This document shows positions 13,641-28,110 of a stretch of 64,000 bases of DNA, one piece after another. The stretch lies in assembly GCF_006345805.1 (NCBI RefSeq), contig NC_043006.1, positions 40,114,001 to 40,178,000 of the forward strand, written 5' to 3'. Positions within the stretch are counted from its first letter, which is position 1. Every line of letters begins with the position of its first letter. The notes under the pieces were generated by a model. The model saw only the letters and a list, made by a program, of their open reading frames with translations, searched no databases and was not told the DNA's origin. Made by a program: the position numbers and the translations under genes. Source of the DNA: Octopus sinensis (lineage: Eukaryota).

Positions 13641-14662
13641 TAATTGTGCCACACCAAAACCAAACCCAGAGTCGGATTTACGGTTTAAATTGGATTTGGT
13701 ACTAACATATCTCCAGCATCCAGTCAGATGTCTTTAATGCTGTTTACTTCCCTATGACCGCTTTGTTATTTTGCCTAGCCATTTCCCACGTCCTTCATGT
13801 TGATGTGCCTTGATTCTAATAAATCGATATGACCAAATTATATATGCGCATATACATATACGTATCTCCGAAATGAAAATGCTTATAAAGACTTTTCAGA
13901 CGTCAGACGTCCATATATCAGTCTGGTAACTGACAGCTACAATATCATTTATTTACTTCCTCTCTCACACTAATTCTCTCAAACAGTTATCTACAGACTA
14001 ACAGATTCCTGTAAAAGTTTCAACTTTGTAAACCAATATATTTCTTACAATTCTATTATTTCCTGTTAAAACTATGTAAACAAATACCTGAATAAAAATG
14101 TTATTACAAATGGACCGGCGCATGCGCGTGTGAATGTATGTATGGTGAACTCCGTTGTGTTAAGGAATCTAATATTACTTTTTGTATTTGGTGTAAATTT
14201 TTATTTTGCGCCTAATGTATTCTATTTGTATGCGAAGCTTCTGAAATACAATCGTTTTATTTGATCTTCAATGTCTTCTGAGAAATTCTAGTATATTATG
14301 TTACCGTTTAATTTGATGTTTGAATGGGCAATAAGACACCATTTTCTTTTAGTAAATGTTGACGGAGAAATAGTTACAATATCCAACGTCACTTGTACTT
14401 GTACAGAAGGTCAAGAAGCTTAACATTAACTGCAACAGTGTAAATTAATATCATGCAAACGTAAAAAGTGTGATGCCAACAACAAAATCACTTGGTAAGA
14501 AACGAGTGTTTGCTAAGTCTACAATACTCAGGACGAGTCTTAGTATGAGCTCAGAGAAGATAACAGAAACCTCTCTCTTCTCCCTCCCTCCCTCCCCTCT
14601 CTGTCCCTCTATCTCTCTGTCTGTCATTCTGTACATCATTCACTCCGTCCATTAAAATCGAC

Positions 14663-14702
<40 letters not shown>

Positions 14703-15199
14703 GTCTCTCTCTCTCTCTGTCTGTCTCTCTCTCTCTACCTCTGGCATCATAGAAATTCTGTCAGTAGAAGCGAGGCTAGTACGGGATTCCAGATTGAAAG
14801 CATTACGTAGCTCCGGGTCAGCTCTGGGTTTAAAGCGGTTTGATACGGTCACCATTTATGCTTTATTTCCCAAACATAGTATATGTAAGATTACATACAT
14901 TATGTAAGACAGTATGATGTGATTTAGTGGAGGTTTGCCTGCTGTATCTATGAAGTCAAGCAACTGCATTGACACTATTTCGTTGGTCCTGACATTCTGT
15001 TGTTAAAAAAATGCGAAAACAAAAGACTGTATATAGCCTCATTAACATAACTACGTCTTTAATCTGGAGAAGGAAAAATGTTGCATTGGAAGCCATCACT
15101 GTTGTTTAACGCTGGTAATCTTGATCGACATGGAATAAAGAAACAAATCTTGATCGACATGGATTTTTTTTTTTGCTTTGTTTTTTACGTGCGTAAAAA

Positions 15200-15740
15200 G
15201 ACCAGTTGCTTTGAAAAAATCATTTCACAGTTCTTCTTGAACATTGATTCGAATTTATTGCTGATCTTTTGTAAAAAGAAAATTTTGAACTCCGCAGAAT
15301 TTTTGACAGGAATTAAAACGTTGCAGATTATTTTATTATTAGTACAGCCATTAAGAACTGCCTCAAGTGGTGAAGGCAAGAATACAATAATACAATGGAT
15401 ACTCAACTGTGGTGTGCGAAGTTCTCTGCATGTTTCTGAGTAATACTCATTATTCATGATGCTGAATGAATCTATCAAGTAAGCTGCAAGTAGGTGTCAA
15501 GTCGTGCGTCACTAGTGAACAAAGTCTCGAGTTACTTTTGTTTTGTATTGCTGAGTTCCGCTCTACCGACGTACAGCTTGAATGTCTATGCACCCACTTA
15601 GCATAAGAGCAACCTTTATCGCCGACCCTCAGATGCCAAAATGGACGAAGATTCAATGTGTATAAGAGACTCAGTCATAAGAATCAGGAAATCGCTCGCT
15701 AATAGCACACAAGATCATCTGTCCATTTTTTCTTGAGCCC
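15200..15740 (+). mobile_element. Possible RNase H-containing LINE relic
   Basis: NTIIQWILNCGV resembles the RNase H motif I.LQWIPSHCGI. Highly decayed. Confidence 0.25.
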
Positions 15741-17734
15741 TAGGAATCATACGGACGGTTACCCGGCTTCCATGGCGTATAAGTGGTCAAGATCACAACG
15801 CTCATCATGAAGAAGACGCCCGTCCATTACAGGGTTCAAGGCTAGCGATTTTGAGAAGAGTGGACAAGTCCATTATATTAACCCCAGTATTTAACTGATA
15901 ATTATCTAAATTGATACCCGAAGGAATGAAAGCAAAGTTGAACATGTCAGATTCGAATTAAAAACCTAAAGAGCTAGAAATACTGCTAAGCATTCTGCTC
16001 GATGTACTGACGATTTTGCTAGCTCGCGGCCTTCATTTCACCGTTTAAATTTCCTGTATCTGCTGCTGTTTCTAAGACCTCACCCAGAAGTTTGATCTCA
16101 TTAATACTTCATGGTTTCCACACTGCTGTCTAGCTGTGACCGACATGTTTTAAATTTCTCTTACCGCTACGTTTTCATACGACCTTTGCTTTGTTCTATT
16201 TCAAATCGTTTCATCCTTTTCCTTACTTCATGAATAACGTCTCTTGTTCGATATGTCGAAAATAAGTGTGTTTTATAAATTGCTTTGGTAATTCTTGTGA
16301 CTTGCGTGTGGCACAACAACAGATGCGACATGTACGTTATTAAGTACAGGAATTCATTGATATTATTGTTCCATCACGGTGTTTTTCGGACAAAAATTAT
16401 TCTTTCTAAAAGAAAATTATTATTCTAATTTTGATACAAGGGCAGAACTTTTGAGGGGAGGAGATAAGTCGATTACACCGGCTAACACTTTATTTTATCG
16501 ACCCCTAAGAAAAAGGATGAAAGATAAAGCTGACCTTGATGGTATTTGAACTCAAATGATAAAGAATCGAGATAATTCACCGCCTTCTTTCAGGGATAAT
16601 ACTAGTTCGAGTAATAATACGTCAAAACTACAAATAACACCAAGAAGATTCGTTTACTATCTTTACTGCCGCTACATTTTTTTGTGCAAGTCTGGAAAAC
16701 AAACGATATTATTCAACTAAATCGACTTCAGAATTCCCGATATGTGAAAGGAAAAGTTAATCCCAGCGATATTTCGACACAGAACATAAAAGGCCGGAAC
16801 TAAATACCACAAAACATTTTGTCCCGCTCTTTTATGATTTAGCTATTCCACCACCTGATGATATCCACATTCATACAGCATTCTCATTTATCGTGGACGT
16901 TTGGTTCTTTAAAACAAGGTGAACACCATGTTAATTGAATCTGTGATAAATGAATAATAGACCACATGAGTAAAATGGGTTTCGTTCCGAGACCCCAAGT
17001 TGTCCTAAGCAGTGTGGATGATCGATGGGGCCGGCTTTTGGTGTCCAAGTAAAATCTTTGACTGATCGACAACCTGTGATGTCACAGAACAATCCGTGAT
17101 AAACGGGACGCTGTTCGCAATGAGTATGTCCTGGTATCCTGAATCAGTGTTGAATAAATCAGTGATAAACGAGGATAATGAAAACATTTGCAATTCTAGA
17201 TACTTTAGCAAAATTTTTCTCAGCTTAAAAATTTTTTTTTGCCATTGTTGAAAAATGACCAAGTTATAGAGAGAAAAGGCCAAAACAAAAAAAAAAAAAC
17301 ATAATAAAAAAAATCAAAAATAAAACTAAAAAAAAGAAAGGAAGAAAAATCAATAATATTTATTTGTTCATTCTTTAAGAATATATACTTTTGCTTTTTT
17401 CCGATCATTTTGAAAATGCTTGCTTAAAAGAATTATTTCCTTTAAACACTAACTGCCACATCATAATGTTTTGTACCGGAAGTTTACGAATGAATGGCGA
17501 TCAAAGCATTGCAAATCACCAGACGTATGTTTATTATCATTTTTATTGCTGTTGTTATTTAAAACAACAATGAAATAACATTTAAAAAAAGATATATACA
17601 AATAAAAGAAAATCTTCTTCTAATTCTTCTTCTTCTTCTTCTTCTTCTTCTTCTTCTTCTTCTTCTTCTTCTTCTTCTTCTTCTTCTTCTTCTTCTTCTT
17701 CTTCTTCTTCGTCTTCTCGACGGACAAAATGATT

Positions 17735-17902
17735 AGCAGTATTTCATCTGTCTTTAAGTTCTGAGCTCAAATTCCGTCGAGGTCAACTTTGCTTTTCACC
17801 CTCTCATGATCGATTAAATAAGTACCAGTTACGCACTGGGTTCGATGTAATCGACTTAATAGCTTCCCCCAAAGTTGAGGCCTTGTGCTTCAAGTAGAAA
17901 GG

Positions 17903-17968
<66 letters not shown>

Positions 17969-18610
17969 TTACGACGTACTTATTTCTAGGCGCTGAGCTG
18001 GAAGAATCGTTAGCACGCCGGGCGAAATGCTTAGCGGTATTTCGTCTGTTACGTTCTGAGTTCAAATTCCGCCAAGGTCGACTTTGCCTTTCATCCTTTC
18101 GGGGGTCGATAAATTAAGTACCAGTTACGCACTGGGGTCGATGTAATCGACTTAATCCGTTTGTCTGTCCTTGTTTGTCCTCTCTGTGTTTAGCCCCTTG
18201 TGAGTAGTAAAGAAATATGTATTTTCCTCCGCCCTAACGTTCTGAGTTCAAATTGCGCTGAGGTCGATTCTGCCTTTCATCTTTTCGGGGTTGATAAATT
18301 AAGTACCAGTTACGCACTGAGGTCGGTTTAATCGACTTAATCTCATTGTCTGTCCTTGTTTGTCCCCTCTATGTTTAGCCCCTTGTGGGCAATAAGGAAA
18401 TAAGAATCCTTAGCATGCCGGACTAAATGCTTAACGGTATTTCGCCCGCCGCTACGTTCTGCGTTCAAATTCCGCCGAGGCCGACTTTGCTTTGATCCTT
18501 TCGGGGTCGATTAAATAAGTACGAGTTGAATACAGGGGTCGATGTTATTGACTAAGCCCCGCCACCGAATATCAGGCTTTGTGCCTACGGTAGAAAGGAT
18601 TATTATTATT

Positions 18611-18641
<31 letters not shown>

Positions 18642-18674
18642 CCATCATCACCATTATTATTATTATTATCATCA

Positions 18675-18736
<62 letters not shown>

Positions 18737-18980
18737 TTATTATTATTATTATTATTATTAAGGTGGTGAGCTGGTAGAAACGTTAGGACGCCGGTCAACA
18801 TGCTTAGCGGCGTTTCGTCCATCTTTCACGTTTTGTGTTCAAATGCCGTCGAGGTCGATTTGCTTTTCATCCTTTCGGGGTCGATAAATTAAGCATCAGT
18901 AAAACACTGGGGTCGATATAATCGACTAGTCCTCTCCTCACCCAAAATTTCAGGCCTTGTGCCTTTAGTAAGAAGGATTT
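17735..18980 (+). mobile_element. Cluster of tandem SINE family B copies separated by (TTA)n
   Basis: Repeated acgttctgagttcaaattccgccgaggtcgactttgcctttcatcctttcggggtcgataaattaagtacc. Heads of type ggcg..gagctgg..gaa.cgttag at ~17989 and ~18762. Confidence 0.9.
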
Positions 18981-19109
18981 TTATTGTTGTTTTACTTCTC
19001 AGAGCGTTGGGTCTTGTTTGATCTGGTAGAATCTGTGAGAGCGGACAGCAGGCTACTGTCAGAGGTCTCACAGGATCTCTTTCCGCACATTATAAAATTT
19101 GGTACTTGG

Positions 19110-19180
<71 letters not shown>

Positions 19181-19697
19181 TGAGTGAGAGTGCAGTGCAT
19201 GCCATCAAAGTGACACGGGTAAAATATACAAAGCCCAGTATGCACATCATGACTACCCGTCTGATAAGGGTACACTAGGCACATGCGTCAACATAAACAG
19301 CACATGACCTTGCAGGTGGGGCCCAGTTAGAATTTTCTTCTGGTCGAGTAACCCATCCCGCTCATAAGGTCCCTGAATAAGGGTTGTTTAAGGATGTTGA
19401 ACGAAACACCCATGTTTCCAGAGATGAATTATTCAAACCCCAAAGAATCCCTATCAACACATGGCTATAATGCTCCCCCACTACTTCTGCTCGTGATCAG
19501 AGATACACATATCGTCAGCCACTAAGGGACATACTCAATTGGTTATGGTCAAACAACTGACAAGCGAATCTGTGGTATTGAGCAGAATATTTGCTGTAGC
19601 CCATCTTTTATACCAAGACAACAGTGTACGGGATAACACTTCCGATCAGTTAAGATCAAGAGCCATGAGAGCCACTGTCTGGTACTGCATCAGGGCA
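19181..19697 (-). mobile_element. Non-coding retroposon family D inserted in (TAA)n
   Basis: Reverse-complement homolog of 29628-30167. Both copies are flanked by TTA/TAA repeats. Confidence 0.8.
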
Positions 19698-19721
19698 TTA
19701 CTATTACTATTATTATTATTA

Positions 19722-19808
<87 letters not shown>

Positions 19809-20146
19809 TATTATCATCATTTCATTATATGTAAACCCCCACATTTTATGCCTGTCTTTGTACTACACCCTCATCCTTCACCCTTGTGGCAAATAAATGA
19901 AGTCAGTATTGCTGTTGTTGTTGTTATTATCATTATTATATTATTACTCGTGGTTTGAGAAATACAGCAAAAGATCCCTATCTTAAAACAAGAATTATAT
20001 GTGCACTAAAGAACAAGCTTAAAATGTATGAGCGGTCAAATTTCAAGACTTCTATAATGGGCGCGAAAATAATTAAACATGTATATTCCACGTAACTTCT
20101 TCCTTGTTCCTCGATTTAAAATCCGAGCTTCTAAACTTGCCAAATT

Positions 20147-20540
20147 TACTCTTTTACTCTTTTATTTGTTTCAGTCATTTGACAGCGGCAATGCTGGAGC
20201 ACCGCCTTTAGTCGAGCAAACCGACCCCAGCTCTTATTTTTTCGTAGGTCTAGTACTTATTCTATCTATCTCTTTTGCCGAACCGCTAAGTTACGAGGAC
20301 GTAAACACACCGATATCGGTTGTCAAGCGATGTTGGGGAACACACACACACACACACACACGCACACACGCATACATACATAAATACGACGGGCTTCTTT
20401 CAGTTTCCGCCTACCAAATCCACTCACAAGGCTTTGGTCGGCCCGCTGCTATAGTAGAAGACACTTGCCCAAGGTGCCACGCTGTGGGACTGAACTTGGA
20501 ACCATGTGGTTAGTAAGCAAGCTACTTACCACACAGCCAG
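20147..20540 (-). mobile_element. SINE family A
   Basis: Near full-length match to the other family A copies. Confidence 0.9.
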
Positions 20541-21342
20541 TTCTCCTTTACATTTGAGAGCGGCCATTCTAAGAAATCATAATAAAAGGTTTTAGCAGAG
20601 CAAATCGACACCATTACTTAACTTTTTAAAGTTTCATATCGGTTTCTTTTGCCGAACTGCTAGGTTACGGCGACATGAACAAACCTGCACTTATTGTCAA
20701 GCAGTCGTTGGGGTGACACACACACACACGCACACATACACACACACACACACACGCACACACACACTCACACACTCACAAACACACACGCACACACACA
20801 CGTGCACACACACACATGCACATCAGCACCCGCACAGATACACACACATGTACACATGCACACACACACATGCACACACACACATATGCACACACATACA
20901 TACACACACACACGCACACACACATACATACACATACGCACACACACGTACACACACACACGCACACACACACGCACAGAAACACGCACGCACGCACACA
21001 CACATACGATGGGCCTGGTTTCGATTTAATCGATTTACCCCCTCCCCCGTACTTACTATCCTTGTATCAAAATTTGAAATCGATATCTCTAACGGTGATT
21101 GTTCCTTACTCTGTTACAATTATTGATCCTACTTTTACCCCGATAATTCAGACTAGAGACAGTTTCTTTTATTTGTATATTGGAAGTCCATTTGGCGGAA
21201 ATATTACCTGTGCAAAGGTATGTCTTTATAGGTTTACACCATGCCTCACTCGTATGCCATCATAATTTTCATGCTTGCTGCTACTTTAAGTTTAACCTTC
21301 AGCTGATTGATGTCTAATCTAATTTCTTATGAGAATTTGTTT

Positions 21343-21636
21343 TACATTATCTACATTTGACGGATATTTGTCCTCATCTTGTTTGTTGTTAACACAATGT
21401 TTCGGCTGATATACCCTCCAGCCTTCATCAGGTGTCTTGCGGAAATTTCGAACCTGGGTTCTCGTTTTTCGATGTTATTATTATTATTATTATTATTATT
21501 CAGGTCACTGTCTGGAATCGAGCTCGGAATCGTGGGGTTAGTAGCCCGCGCTCTTAACCACTTAACAAGATGAAGACAAAATATCCGTCAAATGTAAATA
21601 ATGTACTTAATTCCCCATCTCTTAAATATAGAACTA
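21343..21636. mobile_element. Inverted-repeat element family C carrying a minimal hammerhead motif
   Basis: acatttgacggatatttgtcctcatcttg at the left end is inverted at ~21565-21605. Minus strand 21392-21435 reads ACAC-CTGATGA-AGGCTG...CAGCC-GAAACATT-GTGT. Confidence 0.75.
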
Positions 21637-22949
21637 TATTATCTTATCAGAATTTGTTTTATTTCAGATATAATCGATTTGCCATCTTTTCTTCACGATC
21701 ATAGTCAACAAGGGAAAGTAAGACGTTTTTGTGAGTTGCAAAGGTGGTGTTAATAACTGCCATTTGATATAGTTTCCTGACGTTCAATACTCCTTTTATA
21801 ATGGTTTACAATTGTTGCCTATCAAACTTAATGTGCAATAGTAGCATTTTTCTTTTTCTTTTTTTTTCTTCTCCTAAGTATATTTTTCGTATTATATTCT
21901 ATGAAATTTATAGTTTAGTTACGCTTCGAAAGCGGGCACTGCAAATGTGTTAAAAATACAATAATCTTTAGTTAATTATTTGTGGTCAGTCATTAATATT
22001 ATCCAAACGTGTTGCCCTTGTTGCGAAATAAAGTAAATATTATTACTCGGGTATAGTTTTTGCTTGACTGGAATGGAACCCTGTCACAGTAAGCTTTAGA
22101 GAAATGCACACATAGCAGCCATCTTGCTTCAGCAGCTGTCGTCTGCCACGAACCAATTTGAAAATAGTTGCCTTTCAAGCATTAGTGTCTTGTTTTACAA
22201 GACATGCTATTCCGATTTTAACACGTTCATCCATAACATACGGATGTTGATTAAAAAAAAATCAAAACATAACAGATCGCAAAAGCAATAAATAAATAAA
22301 CAAATATGAGAGAAAATAGGAGAGAAAATAGAAGAAATCAACAAAGGAATTATCAGACTAACATCGTATCGCGAGCGTAAGAAGAAAATATTTTTTTAAG
22401 CAAATATTTTTATTTTCTGATATAGTTGTACTTGTTGCTATCGTTGTTGTTTCATCATGTTTGCTTTTTTTTATTCATTTATTCATTACGTTGTATTGTT
22501 ATTGGTTCAGCCGTAATAATTTGTTATTGCAAATGGCGGTGATTCACTGCGGTTCGTTCGTGCTATAGTTGTCATCTTTGACGGACGTTTCTTTTTCTTT
22601 GTGGGGGGTATTTGCTTTATAGTCTGTATGTACTTTGATGTTGCTTTTCTTAGCATTGTAACTCTTGTTATTACTATCGTTGTTGTTGATGATGATGATG
22701 ATGAAGAGGTTTGGAGGAGGTGGTGTAATAATTCTACAAGTTTTCTGTTTACGCTTCGCTGCATTTTACCCGGACAGGAAAAAAAACTGAGATGAAATAT
22801 TTTAAGCAAAATAAATAAACAAATATAATAAAACTATGCTTGAACGAAAGTATCAACACCGTTCTGGTTAGATAGAAATCGAACTATTGTAATTACTATG
22901 AGTTAGTATGGAAAATGTTTGAATCAGGAGATAGCGAATAATAATAATA

Positions 22950-22985
<36 letters not shown>

Positions 22986-23009
22986 TAATAATAATAATGA
23001 TAATAATGA

Positions 23010-25390
23010 TAATAATCATTTCATTTATTGGCCATTGGGGCCGGCACATAGGGGACAATACAGTAGACGGGGACAGTGGTGGTTTTACAGAAAACAACGA
23101 GTAAAAAATTAGGAAAGTAATAACAATAAACATTAAACAAGAAAAAAATATAACAATGAGATTTCCCTAATAGGGGGCGAGTATGACCACCCAGGGTCGG
23201 TTCAGGTACCCCACCAATCCTGAACCACCTGATGCTTCGAGGGTACTCGGGAAGGGTACGCCTCTTTTCCTCAAATTCATCAGCCTACAGGCGCATTATT
23301 TTCTCCACATTCACCCACCTTTCAGCAGGGGTGGGGCAGGCATCACTTCTCTCTCCACCCTCATCTTTCTTTCCAAGTGAAATTTGAAAAATGGATTGGC
23401 CAAAGAGAAAAGTGTCTCTCTTCAGTCCTTTCAACCTGGTCCACCATACAACCATTTTCGCCTCTACTACTACCAGTTAGAGGAAAATTACCTGCTCTTC
23501 TTAGCCAAAAGAAAGTGGCAGGTCAGTCTTCACTATGAACTCGGCCGATAGCCGGATCCGTCCTTCACACGACAACAACTGTTCGACCTAGCTCCACAAG
23601 TCAGTAATGCATGGACACTGGACGAATGCGTGCACTCCGGTTTCATCGCTCTTCGCGCATCTCGGGCAGGTCTGTCTGACATCACTTCTGTGCCTACAGA
23701 GTTTATCTCGAACCGGCAGTGTCCCCTGGTAGCACTGCTAAGCAAGGAATTTCTGGAAGTTATCCATCGTCCCAAGCTCAAAAGTCCTCCTGGACAGACT
23801 GGTCAGTTCAACTTCGTCGACGTCCAGCGCCTATCCGAGTGCGTCATCACACTTTCCTTCCACTAGCCCTCTACAGCACTCAAGAGTGGATGTTCCACTG
23901 ACCGATTTTCTCGTCTGGTAGAGGACAGTGAGTGCAACATTACAGATGCCACTCTACCTGTCTGGAACTCTTCTTGACCCAGGACTGCTGCTCAGTCAAA
24001 GGGACGAGCTGTGGAAGGGCTTGTTTGGCAAACGGCATTCACAACTGTTCACCGTTTAGGCAGAATATCTGAAGATGCCGCGACCTCAGCGCATGTCTAC
24101 GCATCATTAGCCACAGTATGCCCAGCCCTCCACGTAGAGGGTGCTGGCAGCAGGTGGACCACATCACCAACGGAACTTGTCTCCTTCACAAGAATTTAAA
24201 GAGGAAGTGCTCCAACTTGACGAGGCGCGAACGGGAGCAAGGCACGACGGTCAATCGGTAGTGGATGACGGACGCAATGTACGCATTCGCCACCTCCACC
24301 CGACCTTTCAGTGACAGCTTTTTCTCAGCCCATTTCTGGGTGAGACTGGCTACTTTGTCCGTCATCTCGTCCCAATTTTTATCCACCTGGAGGTCTCGTC
24401 CGAACTAAACCCAAAGCAATTTTACTGGGATGTCCGTCCAGCGCCAAACGATGGTGTTAGAGGGCATGGATTTGCTTCTCCAGGTGCCGAGTTACAAGCC
24501 CACCGAATTATCCGGGTTAAGTATTGCTCCTGTCATCTATCTATCTATCATATTCTGCCAATTATGTGCCAACCACCCCGATTTCTGAGGTGTTCGACAC
24601 CATCACGGTGATGTCGTCCGCATAAGCCGACACAGCGGTTCGGGCGGGATGCCCTACTGTAGCTCCAGCTTCTGCAGTAAAGGCTCGAGAGTCAATACAT
24701 ACTGTAGGGACAACAAGAACAGCCGACAAGAACACTCTAAATTTCGACTGATGTTATCTGCCTTTCGCAGCACCCAGCGTCGGCCGTCGAGGTGGGGACT
24801 GAAGTCCGATACTGTCTTTGACCCGCCACTCCCTCCCTACAACTGAACAAAGCACTGGCAAAAGGCCTCACACATCTGCCTCGAATTGCTCGGCTCGCGT
24901 CCGTCTCGATTCATCAAAGATCAAATAGTGGTTTTGTTACCACGCTGCACCTCCGCCACACGGACCCATCGAACAGCTTTGGTTCCCTCGTTTCTAAGAG
25001 CATGCGCCTTAGCTCTGACAATGCAACCTTCATGTTTCGTATTGAAGAACTGGTCTAATGCCATTCTCGATGCTAGCACACCGGCTCCAATGCCACTACA
25101 AATAACCTCGTCTTGTTTAGCTACTAACCCCTCCTCCTCCTCTCTATTTTTTCCTAACGCTACTTCTTTGCTAAACTCTATCGATATTAATCTAATCTCT
25201 CTTTTGAGAGCCGCCCACCATTTGTTGGTGACGACTCCCGTTAACTTTTGCTTGACTAAATTGTTGACCCGGTCCCTGTAAGCCTTACGTGCCGGAAACG
25301 ACATGTTCAGCTTCCAGTACCCGAGACCTAATCTACGTGTCTTATCTAGGTCAAGCGTACAGATTACTAACTTGTGAACAGAAGAGGCGA
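23010..25390 (-). mobile_element. Tx1/L1-clade LINE ORF2 and 3' UTR, decayed, with (TTA)n tail
   Basis: GYWKLNMS; NKWWAALKREIR; YVLTLEPLLQKLE; SAYADDITVMVS; KLSLKGRVEVANAYIASVIHYRLTVVPC. Many stops and frameshifts. Confidence 0.9.
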
Positions 25391-25418
25391 CCGTTTTGAG
25401 AATTGGACATCCTACACA

Positions 25419-25484
<66 letters not shown>

Positions 25485-25551
25485 TTCTCTCTCTCTCTCA
25501 TTCTCTCTCTCTCTCTCATTCTCTCTCTCTCTCTCTCAATATATATATATA

Positions 25552-25962
25552 TACTCCTTTACTTGCTTCAGTCATTTGACAGCGGCCATGCTGGGGCACC
25601 GCTTTTTTGCAAATTGACTCCAGATCTGTTTTGCCGAACTGCTAAGCTACGGGGACGTAAACACACCAACATCGGTTGTCAGCGATGTTGGGTGGACAAA
25701 GACAGACATAGAAACATATACACATACATACATACATACATACATACATACATACATACATACATACATACATACATACATACATGCATACATATATACG
25801 ACGGGATTGTTTCAGTTTCCGTCTACCAAATCCACTCACAAGGCTTTGGTCGGCTCGAGGCTATAGTAGAAGACACTTCCCGAGGTGCCACGCAGTTAGA
25901 CTGAAACCGGAACCATATGGCTGGTAAGCAAGCTACCTACCACACACCCACTCATGCGCCTA
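25552..25962 (-). mobile_element. SINE family A
   Basis: Family A head and tail with internal (CATA)n. Confidence 0.88.
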
Positions 25963-26422
25963 TATATATATATATATATACACACACACAACATATCGGA
26001 CTTCTTCCCTCAACAGCTGTAAACAGCAGCATACCATTTGAGAGGTTGATCAAGTCAGAGATGGCCTCTATGATATCATTGTATGTCTGGATTGATAGTT
26101 CCATTTCCTGCACCTGACCAATTTTTCTTTTCCAGACTGTTAGACTTGCTGTATAACATGGCTGTTACAAACAAGGAAATATCTTATTATGGTGGTACAT
26201 CAGCCACCTTTATTTTTATCACTCTTCGAAAGAGGCATGTGGGAATCAGCAGCAGCTCGTCCCGCTTTGACATTATTGTTGAATTTTCTCCGCTTCCTCG
26301 GTTAGAATCCTCACCTAAATTGCGCCAGGCTTTTTAAAGCTTTAGACTGACTTAAGGCTCTTCACAATCTGGGCATGCGTCGCTCGCTCAAGCGGCCTGT
26401 TTTCAGTCCAATAATAATAATA

Positions 26423-26472
<50 letters not shown>

Positions 26473-26474
<2 letters not shown>

Positions 26475-26949
26475 TCCTCCTCTTTGATATGACTGTCCCA
26501 ATCGATATAAACGTATCTGTCAAGACCTACCAAAAACTGAGCAAATATAAAGATCTTGAAATAGAAATTAGCAAAATGTGGAACCTGAAGACTAAAACAA
26601 TACCTGTTGTCATAGGTGCCCTGGGAATGATAGCAAAAGGGGCTAATTGCTACCAAGCTCAGATACCAGGAAACCCAAAAATGGCAGGAATTAAAAAGAT
26701 AGTACTTATGGGAACTGCCCATATCCTACGCAAAATACTTTCTATGTAATCTCAAGTTTTAAAACAAACATAATTTTCTTATGGTTTCTTATACATTCTC
26801 TAGAACAACACTAGGTACAAAACGAAATATATGGCACCCTAGGCATAACACCATGAACTTCCAGCTTGTTGTCTCTAGAGGTCTCTGGGTGAGACTTGGA
26901 GCCAACTTGTACAAATGTAAAGCAAAAGTCAAACATAAAAAAAATAATA
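26473..26949 (+). mobile_element. 5'-truncated R4/Dong-like retrotransposon (restriction-like endonuclease C-terminus plus 3' UTR) in (TAA)n
   Basis: DMTVPIDINVSVKTYQKLSKYKDLEIEISKMWNLKTKTIPVVIGALG...GTAHILRKILSM* is the classic RLE C-terminus. TAA repeats on both sides match Dong target preference. Confidence 0.9.
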
Positions 26950-27118
26950 ATGGCTTCAAATTTTTCCACAAGGACAGCAACTCTGGGGTAAGGGATGAGC
27001 CGATTTCATCGACCCCAGTGTTCAACTGGTACTTATTTTAGCGACCCCGAAAAGATGAAAAGTGAAACCAGAACGTAAAGACGGGCGAAATGCTGCTAAG
27101 CATTCCATCAGGCGTGGG

Positions 27119-27170
<52 letters not shown>

Positions 27171-27308
27171 GATGATGATGATGATGAGGAGGATGATGAT
27201 GGTTCTGATGATGAGGATGATGGAGACAGCGATGGTGGTGGTGGTGATGATGATGATGATGATGGTGGTGATGGTGATGATGATGATAGTGATGATGATG
27301 ATGATGAA

Positions 27309-27353
<45 letters not shown>

Positions 27354-27354
27354 A

Positions 27355-27388
<34 letters not shown>

Positions 27389-28076
27389 ATTTACTACTAG
27401 GGTTACGGATGAGAGGAATAAAAGCGAAGTCATACATAAGATCTGCGGATTTAAACGGATAAATCGAATGAGAGAAGTAACGAATGAGACACTACGAAGA
27501 CAAAGCTCAGCAAAAATATTTGCGGCAACAGCAACAGCAACAGCAACATTACGGTGACATTACAATCAATGGCGAGGGTTGACAGATTTGGCGGGAAAGA
27601 ATGAAGAAGAGAGGTGGGCGGAAAAGAACAAAAATGGAGAGAGTGGTAAAAAAAGATGAAGAAAAATAAAGGAAGAAAAGAAGGAAAAGAAAGGAATATG
27701 AAGAAAAGAAGATAAGAGAAGAAAACAAGGAAAAGAAAAAGGATGAGGATGAAGAAAAAGACGAGAAGATGATAAAATGTAAAAGAACAAGGGAAAGGGA
27801 AGAAAAGGAAAAAGAAAAATGATGAAGAAAGGAAGATGAAAAAGGAGGATGAAAAAAGACGATGAAAAAACGATAAGAAGAACAACAAGGGAAAGAAAAT
27901 GAAAGATGAAAAATATGAGGAAGAAAAAGAAAAGAAGGAGAAAAAGATGAAAGTAAAGAAGATGAAGAGGAGACGATTATAAAGAAGAAAAAGAACAAGA
28001 AGATAATGAATAAAGAAAGAAAATACCATAAAAAGAAAAAAATAAGAAAAGAATGACAAATACGAGTGTCACTTCC

Positions 28077-28110
<34 letters not shown>

